Source of the DNA: Macrostomum hystrix
Lineage: Eukaryota > Animalia > Platyhelminthes
Assembly (NCBI GenBank): GCA_950097015.1
Contig: CATNEN010000039.1
Span: 6,324,001 to 6,388,000 of the forward strand
DNA: 64,000 nt
Reading direction: 5' to 3'
The notes beneath the pieces are model-generated. The model searched no databases and was not told where the DNA came from. It saw nothing but the letters and a program-made list of their open reading frames with translations. Numbering within the stretch: the first letter of the stretch is position 1; each line of letters starts with the position of its first letter. Positions 12,841-24,800 of the stretch are shown here, in pieces. Position numbers and translations under genes: made by a program.

Positions 12841-14589
12841 CAAAATCTGTAAAAAATCTTTCTGAAGACAAATCACAATCAAATACACTACCTGCATGGC
12901 GCTCGAATCCCGGCCCAATTAGGACAGGCGTAATCAGTTATTTTTATTCTCTTTCCAAATTACTTATTCTAGGAATCTAGAGGACCCCATTTCAAAGAAT
13001 TAATACAACGTCTGGAATTTTTTACATCGATTTTTACTCCTATTTTGAGATCCCAATATATCGACGAATTATCGACGCCCCTTCCCGTATCTACTATTTT
13101 CAGCTCCCCACGTGCAGGTATATTCTTGAACCAACATTCCTGGAAAGCCTTCCCATAGTGATGTCTGAATTCGAGTCCGCGAATGCGGTCGATATAGAAT
13201 GGTTGAACCATAAGGGATTCATGATGAGGATGAGGATCTCTAACAGCAGAACTGTCGCTAATGAATGCCGGCATCACATGCGTGGACAAAGCAAAATCTA
13301 ATTTCCTTAGGCGCTCTCACGACTCACTCAACGAGCACTCACACCCGACTACGCGTCCTACCCTTTCATGGCAGATAATAGGCTATATATAGGCTCCATC
13401 TAGAGTTGGTTTTGGCTACGAGTTTGCGCATATATTTCTGCATTCATGAGTTACAATGACTTCTCACGAATTCTCGATTCAGTGCGTACCGAGTCATTAA
13501 GCAACCTCCTGAAACTGCTAGATAATTTTAATAATATCCATGTACTCGCGGATATACAATACCTAGAGGAATAAAAACTGCTCGCTTGTGTGTAGCATGC
13601 TATATTTGGAGTTACACTTGCACCCCTGCCTGATAGAGGTGTGTGTGTGTTTGTGTGTGTGTGCGTTTGTGAACAGTTTGAAATATGGGGAATGAAGTAT
13701 TAGTAGGGACGCCGCTGGGAAAGAGGCTCGAGTTTCTATCCTTTCGTGATGCTGCTGGACAGCCTGAGCCCGAGTCTCTCGGAAGAAAAATCGATTTTCT
13801 CGCCGCCGCCTCACTATTTTACGTAGTCACTTTCTTACTTTTTTATCTTAGTTTTACCAGTGTCATGAACCATCCAAATTTCAGGACGGATAAATGCTGT
13901 ACATCTTAATAATATCTGTACATCTTCGAATCGGTAATGAGAAGCTTCCGGCTTTGGTTTGTAGCGAGTTGAGAATGAAGTGACTCAATCTCTAATCTTC
14001 AGTGTATTCCTCTCTTCCTTGTACCTGACGGTCTTCTCAAAAAGATTTGTAGCAAATTTTAGAGCTTTGATGCAAGTATCATCCAGCCTAATCAGAAAAA
14101 ATCAATTTTTAAGATGTCAGATATAGCATAAAATGAATCATGTTAAAATGCAGAAGAGCCTGAGTGAATAGAAACAGAAACGGGTTGTAGCGAAAGATTT
14201 AAGGCAGTTGATTTTCCACAAAGAGAGCTGCGTTGCAGAAGAAGCCGTTTTTCTTTGGCTCCCAACTGACGCAGAAGGAAATAGAGTCCGTGCCGCACTA
14301 AGAGCTGAGTCACCTGCAGAATTAAGAGGCATGCGAAATCAAAAAGATTCCCCGATAAGGATGATGAGGAGCGGGGTAGCTTTGTTTCAGCAATGGAAGG
14401 GGTTCGTATGCATGAAAGCAAGCTGAAGCAACCAAATACGACTGTTGCTATACGCTACTGCCCCTGCTCTTCTAAAAAAGTGACAATTTTAACAAATTTT
14501 AACTGAGAACTATTGGCTTGTAAAATAAAACAATTCAGATTGTGTACATAAAGGAGCTAAAAAGGTGTCATTTAAAAAAGTAAAATTTT

Positions 14590-15290
14590 CAATTTAGCAT
14601 AGAGCCGCTTAGCGCGATGGCGCCTCATGATGCGGGGCGCGACGGCCTGGATGGTCGTGCCCAGAATCCGGAATTTGCGCGCGTGGATCTCACTAGCTCG
14701 CCGGTCTGCGCCTGGATGCGGTAGGCCAGCGCTTTCAACTAGGCCCAGAGCCTCGGGACCGAAGGCTCCCAGCTTCTCGGCGCCGACTGGGCGGAAATCG
14801 AAACGGTCGCTCATAAGCCGCGAAAACCCGGACGGCGACATCGGAGGCCTGCAGGTCGCTTGGTGCGCTGATGAGTCCCAGGCCCTTGTCCGTATCGCTT
14901 GAAGGCCGCGACAGTGACACCATCGAACCGAGGCAAGTCGCGCTCAGCCAGGCCCACCGGCTTGGGCACTGCAGGGTAGCCGGCATCGCCCAGCAGGTTG
15001 CGTATTCGCTCGGCGACCTGACTTGGTCGCCGAGCTCGTCTAGAGCCTCGAAGACTCCGGTAATCGCAACCGGCATAAGCCGCAGGCCGATGGCTGTGGG
15101 CAGTTCGAAGTCCGACAGGCGCGTCTAATCCCGGCTGCTCGGCAGGCCGAGGAAATGAGCCGCGAACTGAGCAGTGGAGAGGTAGCGCGCAGTCGGTCGA
15201 TGTCGCGACGTATCTTTGCGAGTGTAGATCAGCCGCTCCCGCCGGACCACATCTGCTGGATTTTGAAAAGCGCATGAGCTGATAATGGTG
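14590..15290 (-). mobile_element. Decayed 3' fragment of a CRE-like (RLE-endonuclease) non-LTR retrotransposon
   Basis: GC-rich island. Minus-strand frames give HFLGLPSSRD*TRLSDFELPTAIGLRL, LGDAGYPAVPKPVGLAERDLPRFDGVTVAAF and FRPVGAEKLGAFGPEALGLV. These match the WLxALP..LRIAxxLRL / EPxGL..RPDGxT / FxPxxxExxGxxG motifs of restriction-like endonuclease elements in the expected order, broken by frameshifts and a stop. Confidence 0.7.
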
Positions 15291-15794
15291 TCTTCTGGCT
15301 CACAGCCAGATCAAGTAGCGCATGCATATAGGGTACGGACTATTGGCACAATATTCCCATTCGCCTGATCAAATAGTCGAGATGATGTGAAAAGCAAGGA
15401 TATTTGCATGATTGTAGCTCTACGTTTGAATGTCTAAATGGCCAGAATTGAACTCTAAAAAGATTTTCTCGAATACCCATCCCTCACACCTGAAAACTGT
15501 ATTATAAACCCGTGGTTTGAAATTTATGGAATCCAAATGAATTATCTGAATATTTAAAATAATAACAAAATGAAGTGAATATATGCTAAAAACCGGATTT
15601 GTAAATCCATTTTTTAGGCTGATCTGTGAGACACAATAAGCGTACCTGATACAAACTCATCATTTTAATTCAATGAGTAAATTATCATCCAAATATATAA
15701 GGATGTATAAGGATATATAAGGATAAGTTTACTTAAATAGTACATGGAACTGTTGCTTGAACGTGCTTTGCTTTGCTTTATTGCTTTATTATCT

Positions 15795-16151
15795 AATAAT
15801 AATTAATAATAATAATTGCTGGAAGGGCTGCGGGTAATGGCACATCATTTGGTGACACTAGACCCACAGCTAGCGAGGAGGCATTTCTGCCCATTTCGCT
15901 GACTCCTGAGCACACACGCACACAGATACTGTACGCAGGCATATGCTCACACAGGTGTGTACATCTGCTCTGACTTTCTCATCGTCAGGCAGTGCACACT
16001 TCACTGTGCCTTGGAGGTTGGCCTTCAAGGGCGTAAATTGCACGACAAGCCCCCAAGCCTTCTCTCCACGGCTGCGCCCCAAATTAATGTGGCCTCGTCG
16101 TGGAATCGAACTTAGAGTTCGTGGTGCGAGAGGCAAACGGGTTAACCACTC
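15795..16151 (-). mobile_element. tRNA-derived SINE family B, near full length, (TTA)n tail
   Basis: Aligns along its length with the copies at 53047-53418, 58401-58717 and 51779-51925. B-box GTTCGATTCC on the minus strand. Confidence 0.85.
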
Positions 16152-16588
16152 TTGAACGTAGCTAGTTAAATAATAAAATTATTTTTTGTTAAGAAAGTCC
16201 AATTCGACTGCAAAGCACTATATTGTCAGCCTACTTACTACTTCCATAAATGCTGAGTAGTATGATATTCAATTTTTAGAAAGACAATGTGGAAAAGCAA
16301 GAAGAAAGTTTTCTGTTGTCGAATTTTAGAGCTTTACTAAAAGTTACCAGGAAATAAACAGAACAAAACTGTTTACTTAATATGGCACCGATACTCAATA
16401 TGGCACCGATAAGAAATAAGATAGCGTCTAAACTTGAAGTCTGTTTATTTCACGAGCGAAATAAGGATTTCCACACTAATGAACACTGAACTCTACAGAA
16501 TAATGAATAACTGACAATCGAGTTAAAAACTAAATTAGTGTTCTTAAGTCTTTGGTTCAATTCTTCAGTTTAAATAGATTGCATCATC

Positions 16589-16987
16589 TTATTGCATCAG
16601 TGCGACAAACTCCAAGTAGTTGAGGTTGCCGTCGCCATCCTTGTCGGCCTCGGCCAGCTTGGCTGGGTCCACGGACTTGCCAAGTTTGCTAGCCAGCTGG
16701 GCAATCTCATCCTTGCCCAATATGCCGTTGCCGTCGGTATCCAGTGCCCGGTAGTCAGCCAGGAACTTCAGGTCCGGATAGGGCGCGAAGTGCTTGTTAG
16801 CGACCGGCTCAAATTCCTCGAACTCAACTTTACCGTTGCCGTCTTTGTCCACTTCCTTCAGCAGTTCAGCGATTTTGGCGTCTGGCTGGTCATGCGAGAA
16901 TGCGCGCACAAGTGCGCCGAATTCCTGCGCGTCCAGACTGCCGCTCTTGTCAGCGTCGAATGCGTCGAATAGCTCGCGGGCGCTCAT
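16589..16987 (-). CDS. Calmodulin-like protein with four EF-hands, 132 aa, single coding exon
   Basis: ATG at 16987 (MSARELFDAF). Four canonical loops: DADKSGSLDAQE, DKDGNGKVEFEE, DTDGNGILGKDE, DKDGDGNLNYLE. GC-rich codons. Minus-strand AATAAA at 16449-16444. Too divergent to be calmodulin itself. Confidence 0.93.
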   Translation of the reverse strand: MSARELFDAFDADKSGSLDAQEFGALVRAFSHDQPDAKIAELLKEVDKDGNGKVEFEEFEPVANKHFAPYPDLKFLADYRALDTDGNGILGKDEIAQLASKLGKSVDPAKLAEADKDGDGNLNYLEFVALMQ

Positions 16988-18831
16988 TTTGGCGATAGTT
17001 GACCGAGGTTTTCCAGTCTGGCTTTTCCAAGATTGCAAAGATTTAAACAAAATTCGCACCTGAATTTTCAGGCTTTTATTAGCTAAATCGTGTCCACGCG
17101 ACTGTGTTGATAAGATACACGACAAGCCACGCGTGAGCACTCTCAGTGAGTTGGCTGGGCTATCTTATCAGTGTGTCTGGGTCGCTGCCGTTGCCTTTAG
17201 AAAATGTTTCGCTTTACGAATAATTTCAATTTCTTACAATTTTATCTCATCTGCTGCAGGTCTATTTTTATCCCTGTCAGTTTTACATGATTGGCAAATG
17301 TGAGTGATTTAACAGTCGACAGGTTTGTAATTTATGACTTAGTTATGGCAATCCGTTACAGTTTAGAGAAAGTGCATAGTTTTCATATAAAATGAGTAGA
17401 ACTATGCACATGTGACTCTTTTTCTTAACACTAACTATTATTCTTATAATCACAGACCCTGCAATTTCATTTACTGGTAGATATCATTGAAAGACACATC
17501 AGCCAATAAGTTTACATCAACCTTTAAATGAGGGATGCTAGATAAAGGCTTTTATACGCGAGGCTTAGTTCAAAGGTCATGACAAACTTCTCATGCGTCA
17601 TTTCGAGCCTTTTAAACGGTGAAAACTGTTGCCTATAAAAGCCCTTTATCAGAAAAAGTTTATTTTTAGGCATTTCAAAGTCGAAAATTAAATGCTAAAA
17701 TTAAGAATGGCAAGCCGATACTGAAATGACAGTTGGAGTAATCGAGTATTCCTGGATTTGCCTTCTGTGGAACTGGCAGCTTCTTGTTGCTCCTAACTTT
17801 TTCTTCTATTTCGAGTTAGATTCAAATCAGAAAGCTGATAAGATATGCTGTATTGTCGTTAGAGTCAAGACTTTAGAATTCAGCATTTCACTAAAGGCAA
17901 AATATTCAAAGTCGCTTCGTGGAAGCCGATAAAGCTTGCTTGTTTATCTTAGCCTAGTTTGAGCTGTCTGGCAGATCAATTTCTGCTCAATGCAGAGTCG
18001 CACTTTGCTCTTGAAGCCACATCTATAACTGAAAATGTTTATTTAATAATGAACTTGGATTAAAAAGTTAAGTGTGCCAATAAAAAGTAGTGATTGGTCA
18101 TCGAATGCGCTCAAATTTTACTACGAGAACTTTGGCAACTTCGCATTTATTAGAGAAAGACGTTATTGAGGTATTAAATGAGCTAAATATTCATTTTGGC
18201 CATGACTTTGCCATGATCAAAATATACTAAATCTCTTATTATAATCTATGATTAAAAAATCCGGGGTGATTTAGGAACGAGCGAAGCGAAAGCTTTCTTT
18301 GGCGCTTTCTTTCTCTGGAAAGCGATGGACTAGCTTTCTATTATAATTCTAGCCATAGAATGTGAATAAAACTGAGTTTGCAAACAACGAAGTTGCAAAA
18401 AGCGAAAAGCTAGCTTTACGCAAATTTCTGTGAAGCCTGGTGATGTATTTGGCTTTTTACCATAGACTATTAGAAAGTGCTGTGAGCAAAGAAGATACTG
18501 TCTGGGCTCCTTTCAAGTTGAAAGGCGCACTCTCATCTTCGCTACCTTATAGTGCCAAGTCCGAGAGGAAGCCGATAGACTATATGAGGTTCTTAGAGCT
18601 GTCTTCATTCTTAACGAAAGCTCGAAAAGTCAGCCAAATTTTATGTCTATGGCCGTAAGCTGGCTATCGATTACCTAGGTTTGCTTATTAGTATTAAAAA
18701 CACAAAGAGAAACCAACAAACTGCAGCTATTGAACAGCGACTCAAATATTTAATTATACATTTCTCTGCTTCTAATTTAGTCAGCGGAACTGCCAATTGC
18801 TGTAAACTAATTGTCGCCCGCCACAAGTAGC

Positions 18832-21800
18832 ATGCTGCTCGCTCCTCGAATTTTCTTTCTTCTTTTCGCGGTAGCATTCGTTCGCGCATTTATTCGTCCA
18901 TATTTCACGCAGTTTCCAACAAAGCGAGACGTCGTCAATAACTTGCATAGTGGCTTCGAGGCCGGCCAGGTTGGCACCGATCAGCTACCTGTGGCAATTT
19001 TTGATGGCGTCTATGACATTGCAAAAAAGAATTTAGTCGGTCGTGTGCGATGGCTGCCTTGGCTACGCAAGTTCTTGGATACCCACTGGTTTTCCCCTGG
19101 ATTGCTAGATGTAAAAAGAATAGATCTCGACTCTGTGATTCACGAAACGAGAAAATTTTATAGTCGGACCAACACAGATCCTGCCACTAAGAAGAAGTTA
19201 AACTTCATATTATTTCACTTTTTTGCACGCTTCCTCGAGGTCTTTATGCAATACGAGAGAAACCTTGCCTTCAAGGGTGCAAGCAGCAGCAATAACACCG
19301 GCGCTAATTCAATCGACCTGGATATTATAACACAGATGTACCATTTTGCTTACTGCGAAGCCCTTGCTCACATAAATAAAAGCGACAATGATCTGTTCAA
19401 CCGCTGTCCGAATCCCTGCAAGTCTGGTCATCTGCTTAACTCCACAAACAAATGCCCCAACCACAAGGACTGCAACCCCTGTCTAAGACTGATTGACAAC
19501 CTGAGGGATCACGAGTGCAAACTGAAGTCTCGCATCTGGAGGCGTGGCTTTGACTGCAATTGCCGGGAAGGCTATAGATGGGATCGCAGCAGTCTGTCCT
19601 GCATCAAACAGACAGATTTGTTCAAAGTGCTTCGAGTTAGAACGGAGAAGAATATTGGCATCGATTCGCTTAACGCTTTCATGGACTTCAACCTGCCCAA
19701 CATTTATGCTGGATTGGAGAGCCTTACCGGGTTCAAGAATTTCAGTGAGTCATTCCGCATTTTAATATTCTATTCAGAATTGCTTAAATGAGTATAATCT
19801 GAAATACTTTGGGTTTTTGCAGAATCGTCACATGAAAGGAAAGTTTATTTCATGTGCCCATCGATTCACCGAAATCCAGTTCTTAGAATTCGCTATTATC
19901 TAAAGTCCAGTTTTTTATACTTTTTGCACCCTTTTGGCTTTTAAGTTCGTACTAGAAATACTAATGTTGAATTTGTATTTTTCCTTATCCACCGCCTTAG
20001 CTGTTGACATTAGCAATAACGAGCATTAAACAACAATAGAATCGCTAATCGGCCAAAAACGATCTTTTGTGAGCAAATATACCAGCAACTTACAAGTGCT
20101 CGCATGCCAGTCGCTAATCAAGTCCTAGAATATTGATGTAGAACGCGCGCTTAATCATCGAACTACTTAATCATTTCAAGAATTGCACAAAACCATAGGT
20201 GCAATTACATTCCTGCCACCTCGCTGGTAGCCAACAAACAGCTACCGTTACAGCACTATACACACTGTGCATGCAAAAAAATACCAAATCTACTGGTGAA
20301 TCGTCAAGTTGTCAGCACCGATTCAATTCCCAGTAAATTAGACGATTTGACGATTTTAAGGTGTGTCGATGGCAGACAATTGTCAATAAACCAACAGGGA
20401 TAGATAAAGCAATCTTAGTTTGAGCCACTTCTGCAGAGCAATTCATGCAGCCAGGTGCCAAACCATTATTTGTAATCCAAGTTTCTCTCTTGAGCTGCAC
20501 CAATAGATTCTCACCGTAGACACTGTTTAACCACTATCCCACAACGCATCTTGCAGCGCTACGAGTGGAGCCCAGATTCCACCCGTTCGGGCACGATTCT
20601 TTCTCAACGCTAAAAACTGCCGCGCGGATGCAGTCTAATTGGTTGAGTCTTTTGGGAAACATCACGCAAAAAGTGGACCCGAAACCCTTGATATCAGTGG
20701 ACATGCCGCATCAGCTTATCGTGGAACGCCTGCATGCTGTTTACGAAGAACGGATTTGCACAGAGGACCTAGTTGCTACAGATTTTTATTTTGACCGTAC
20801 TTTTTTTTTAGCAATTAGCGGAAGGTATAGATATAAAAGCTCGGCCGCTTTAATTCAGTCGTGTCGAAGTGATCCCGCTTGTCAGCATTTGTTTATTGTA
20901 TGCAGAGATACCGAATACGATGATAAATGTCTGGGGGTCAATTCTTCCGACCGATTTGTGACACGATTCGGCCAACTTCTCACAAATTTGCCGCGTAAAG
21001 TCTTTCAATATGAGGATGGAAACTGTTTACCGAATGTATACTTAAATTCTAAACATATTACTTGTCTGGCATTTTATAAGACGTGTCTCTTTAATCCACC
21101 AAGAATGCTGATCTCAAGCCGCCCAGGCAGCGATGTTGCGGGCATCGCGGGTGACAAGCTATGGGAGCCGGCTATTCAAACAGGATTTTGCGGAAGCAGC
21201 TCAGCAATTGTATTGCTTGATCCTGATGTAATGCGTCATTCATTGCGAACTAGCAGCTATTCAACGTGCCTTTTATGGTGTCAGAAAAGGTAATTTATGC
21301 ATTTCCTGATTCAAAATTGACCCGTATAAACCATTGACCCGAATGGCCTAAAGACATGAAAAGACATGGTGGACTAAAATGGTTCAGAGTGACATGGCTT
21401 AGAGTGACATTGTTCAGAGTGACATGGTTCAGAGTGACATGGTTCAGAGTGACATGGTTCAGAGTGACATGGTTCAGAGTGACATGGTTCAGAGTGACAT
21501 GGTTCAGAGTGACGTGGTTCAGAGTGACATGGTTCAGAGGGGCACGGTTCAGAGCGACATGCTTTAGAGGGGCATGCTTTAGAGTGACATGCCTCAGTTT
21601 GACATGGTTCAGATTAACATGGTTCGGAGTGACATTGTTCGGAGGGCATTCAGTGGAATTCAGAAAATCAACTCCTTAAAATGTCCTCGTACAAAATCAT
21701 CAACAGGTGCGCTAATCTGATGTTTATTTCGTCAAAGCTGTGCTATTGTAGTTTAAAACTCTCTGTGAGATTGCCAGCATCAAACGCGACTTATCGAGGA

Positions 21801-24800
21801 TGTGGTCGACCTTGTAAACACAATTTTCGTATGAAATGCGGCGGAATAAGCTTATTCCAAGCGTACCAGCTGCCGACTGTGGACTCAAGTTGCCCGAGTC
21901 GGCAAAATCATATTTTCCGCTGCGTTGTGCTGAAAGAATCGCTGAGACCTAGATATAATAAAATTAATGAATTGATGAAAGTTTCAGCTTCTAATCGATA
22001 CTTGTGGAATAGCGTCAATCCTCTAAAATCGCATTATGCGCATGCGTTATATAAAATTAATGACGACGTAATTAAGAGCGACGGTGTTCATAAAACTAAT
22101 GCAAGTTTTTGCCGACTCCTTTGCCAGTTGTCCTGCAAGCGATACTTTGCGCTTTCTAGCGCTCATTGCTTCTGCACAAACAACCCGATGCTCTTGACAG
22201 ATGATTTCGACCTCCCAGGCGCCCGTTGTTCCGGCGAGTTCGTTGGAATGGGTGTCACTCCTATCGGCTTGAACGAAGACAGTATTGCACTTCATGACAT
22301 GGGCGAAATGACCTTGGCAAACTGCGCCTATATGTCTAGTAAGTTATCGCCATTTTTTTTATTTAGCCTAGATCTAACTCTACATGTGAGCGATCTTGAC
22401 CTATTTCCTGTAAGCTAAAATGTCATTAGTACGAGCTCTGACTTACGCTCGTCCTTCCATAATATTTGCAATACCCGATTCTAGCCATGACTTTGCTTCC
22501 CCGCACCAGTATATTCGAACATCAAATTAGCTTTCATTTATTACCTTGCTTTTATCGCATGGTAATGAGTTTTTACAATTAAAATTTCAGCTATGTACTG
22601 GTCACCGGCATTAAAACCACTCTCTCCTCCCAGCTTTTTGCTGAACCAAACTTTGGAAACACACTTAATACGAAGATATTTGTTTATGGGCTGCTATCTC
22701 GTCATCGACGCTGCCAAATTCAAAAATAATCTGGCATCTCGCCATTACAAATCATCCATTACTTTCAATGAATGCGCGAGTATATGCTCAGACAAATGTT
22801 CGGCTTATGCGTTTATAACCAATAATTTATGCATGTGTTCGAACAAGCCACCAATGCCCGATGCAATGATTGTCGTCAAGCGAAGCTGCGATAATTTACC
22901 GAAAACCGCGGTGAAAGATGTGCACCTGTATGCTGGATTGGGATCAACTTATACTGTTCAAGGAAACGCTAGATCTAGCGTCGTATATTTTACTGGCTGT
23001 CATAACTTCATCGGCTGGGAGTTTTCGGATCATACAGATTCTGAATTCATCGACATAATAAAATTAGCGAATCATACAAATTTAGCACTAAGCGATAACG
23101 ACTACCCTCAATTTTGTTTGGACCAGTGTATAACAAAATCAAATATTTGCCCATCTGGAAAAGATTGCAGCTTTTCACTCCTAATCTGCAACTCTCAAAA
23201 CTGTCGAACCCCTTATTGTCTCTGTGTGCCAAAGCACGAGGCTTACCAATTGAGAAGGACATCCAACAGCGATTGTCCTCAAACTGGATTTACACCTTTT
23301 GGTGCTCAACAAGGCGGAGCCCTTTTTAAACTAGATAACCGTACGATGAAGGCTGTGGAATTCTACAAAAGCCCACACTGGATGCACTGTGCTTTGAGTG
23401 CATATCGTGAACCTTCTGTGCCAGACATAGTTTCGCGCTATCCATCTAATTCCATGGCGAACTGCTTCGAAGTGGCCGGTGTCGGATCATTTGACGTCGA
23501 TGGCGCAATAAGTTGCATTAAGCATTGCAGAAATAAAGTCAGTCCGTACTTTACACTATTTACTCGTCAAAGCAGTCTTAGATGCGCCTGCTTCACTGAA
23601 TCTGAGGTCAGGCGCCTGAGGCCACTTAGTCAAGCTTCATGCATTGCCAAAAGAAGACCTTGCAAAAATGAAGACAGAATATCTTACTGTGGGACTGAGA
23701 ATGTTTCTCTGGTGTTCACAATTAATTTACCAATGCTTTATGATACCGTCGAGTGCAAGCCAGAATTAATGACACAGCCGGGCTTCATGAACCTCAGCGT
23801 AATCTATGATTGTCCGCGTCCATTGGAGAACGTGCGAAGCGTTAGTCTGCGGCCAAGTTATGCGGAGTCGCATTCAGTGAACCTGCAAAATATGACTGGC
23901 CTTTTCGGCCTGACGAAGATCGACTCTCACAGAGGCAACGTCAAAATCCCGATTCTGACGGCTCGCGCGAAGCCGAGTGTCAAGTACCTGGTGCAGGGCA
24001 TGATTCATGGCCAGTTCCAGCCGGGAGTCACCATATCAATAGACAGCCAGGTGCGAGCCAGGTATAGCTACTGGGACACATGGATGCGCACCGTCTGGAT
24101 GAGGACATTCAACCGGTCAATCAATGTCTGCAGCCGGTCCAATACTGAACAGTTTTTGGTGCAGTCACTTCAAAATAACACACCAATAATCTGCAAGTGC
24201 CGAAAAGACTTTTTTGGCACGAGCTGCTCGACCTATATAAATGTAAGAAGCCAAGCAGCCTCGTCTCGGCTCTCAGATTCCCGGTCCCTTATATTCTTTC
24301 CTATTCTCATATTCTGAAACATTGGCCTTGCAGAGCTGCGATTCCGTCACAAATCTGAATCGCAACAGTGCAATCCGGCTCGGCATCGCTGCCTGCAATG
24401 TCCAGGAAGGCAGTCGCAACAAGTGCTTCACACCGTTTAAAAATGCGAACGAAGCCCATGTGTTACCCTACTTGGCGTATACCTGCAGCTGCAGTAACAA
24501 CTCGCAGAGGGACCCCAGCCAGCCTTTTGACAACTGCCTGAAGGAGGCGCCCGTGTGCCGCAATAAATACTGCGGTGATGGCAGCTGCACTGAGACAGCT
24601 GCAGGCTGGCGGTGCCTGTGTAAGGCAAGACACTCGATTTCTGATAAACCTACAGTTGCTGTCTACTTTTAACAACCGCCTCAGCACCACGACCTCACTC
24701 GCTCCTCTGTTTAGAACACCCGTATGTACAGTATACTTTCAGCGGGAAACATTATTTAAGAGATTCGCGATATGCTTTGTTTTACTACTGTGAGTAAACT

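Noticed and set aside
16988-17140. 51-residue N-terminal extension of the EF-hand ORF
   Set aside because: Depends on a non-ATG start and is AT-rich UTR-like; ATG 16987 has a good AAAATG context.
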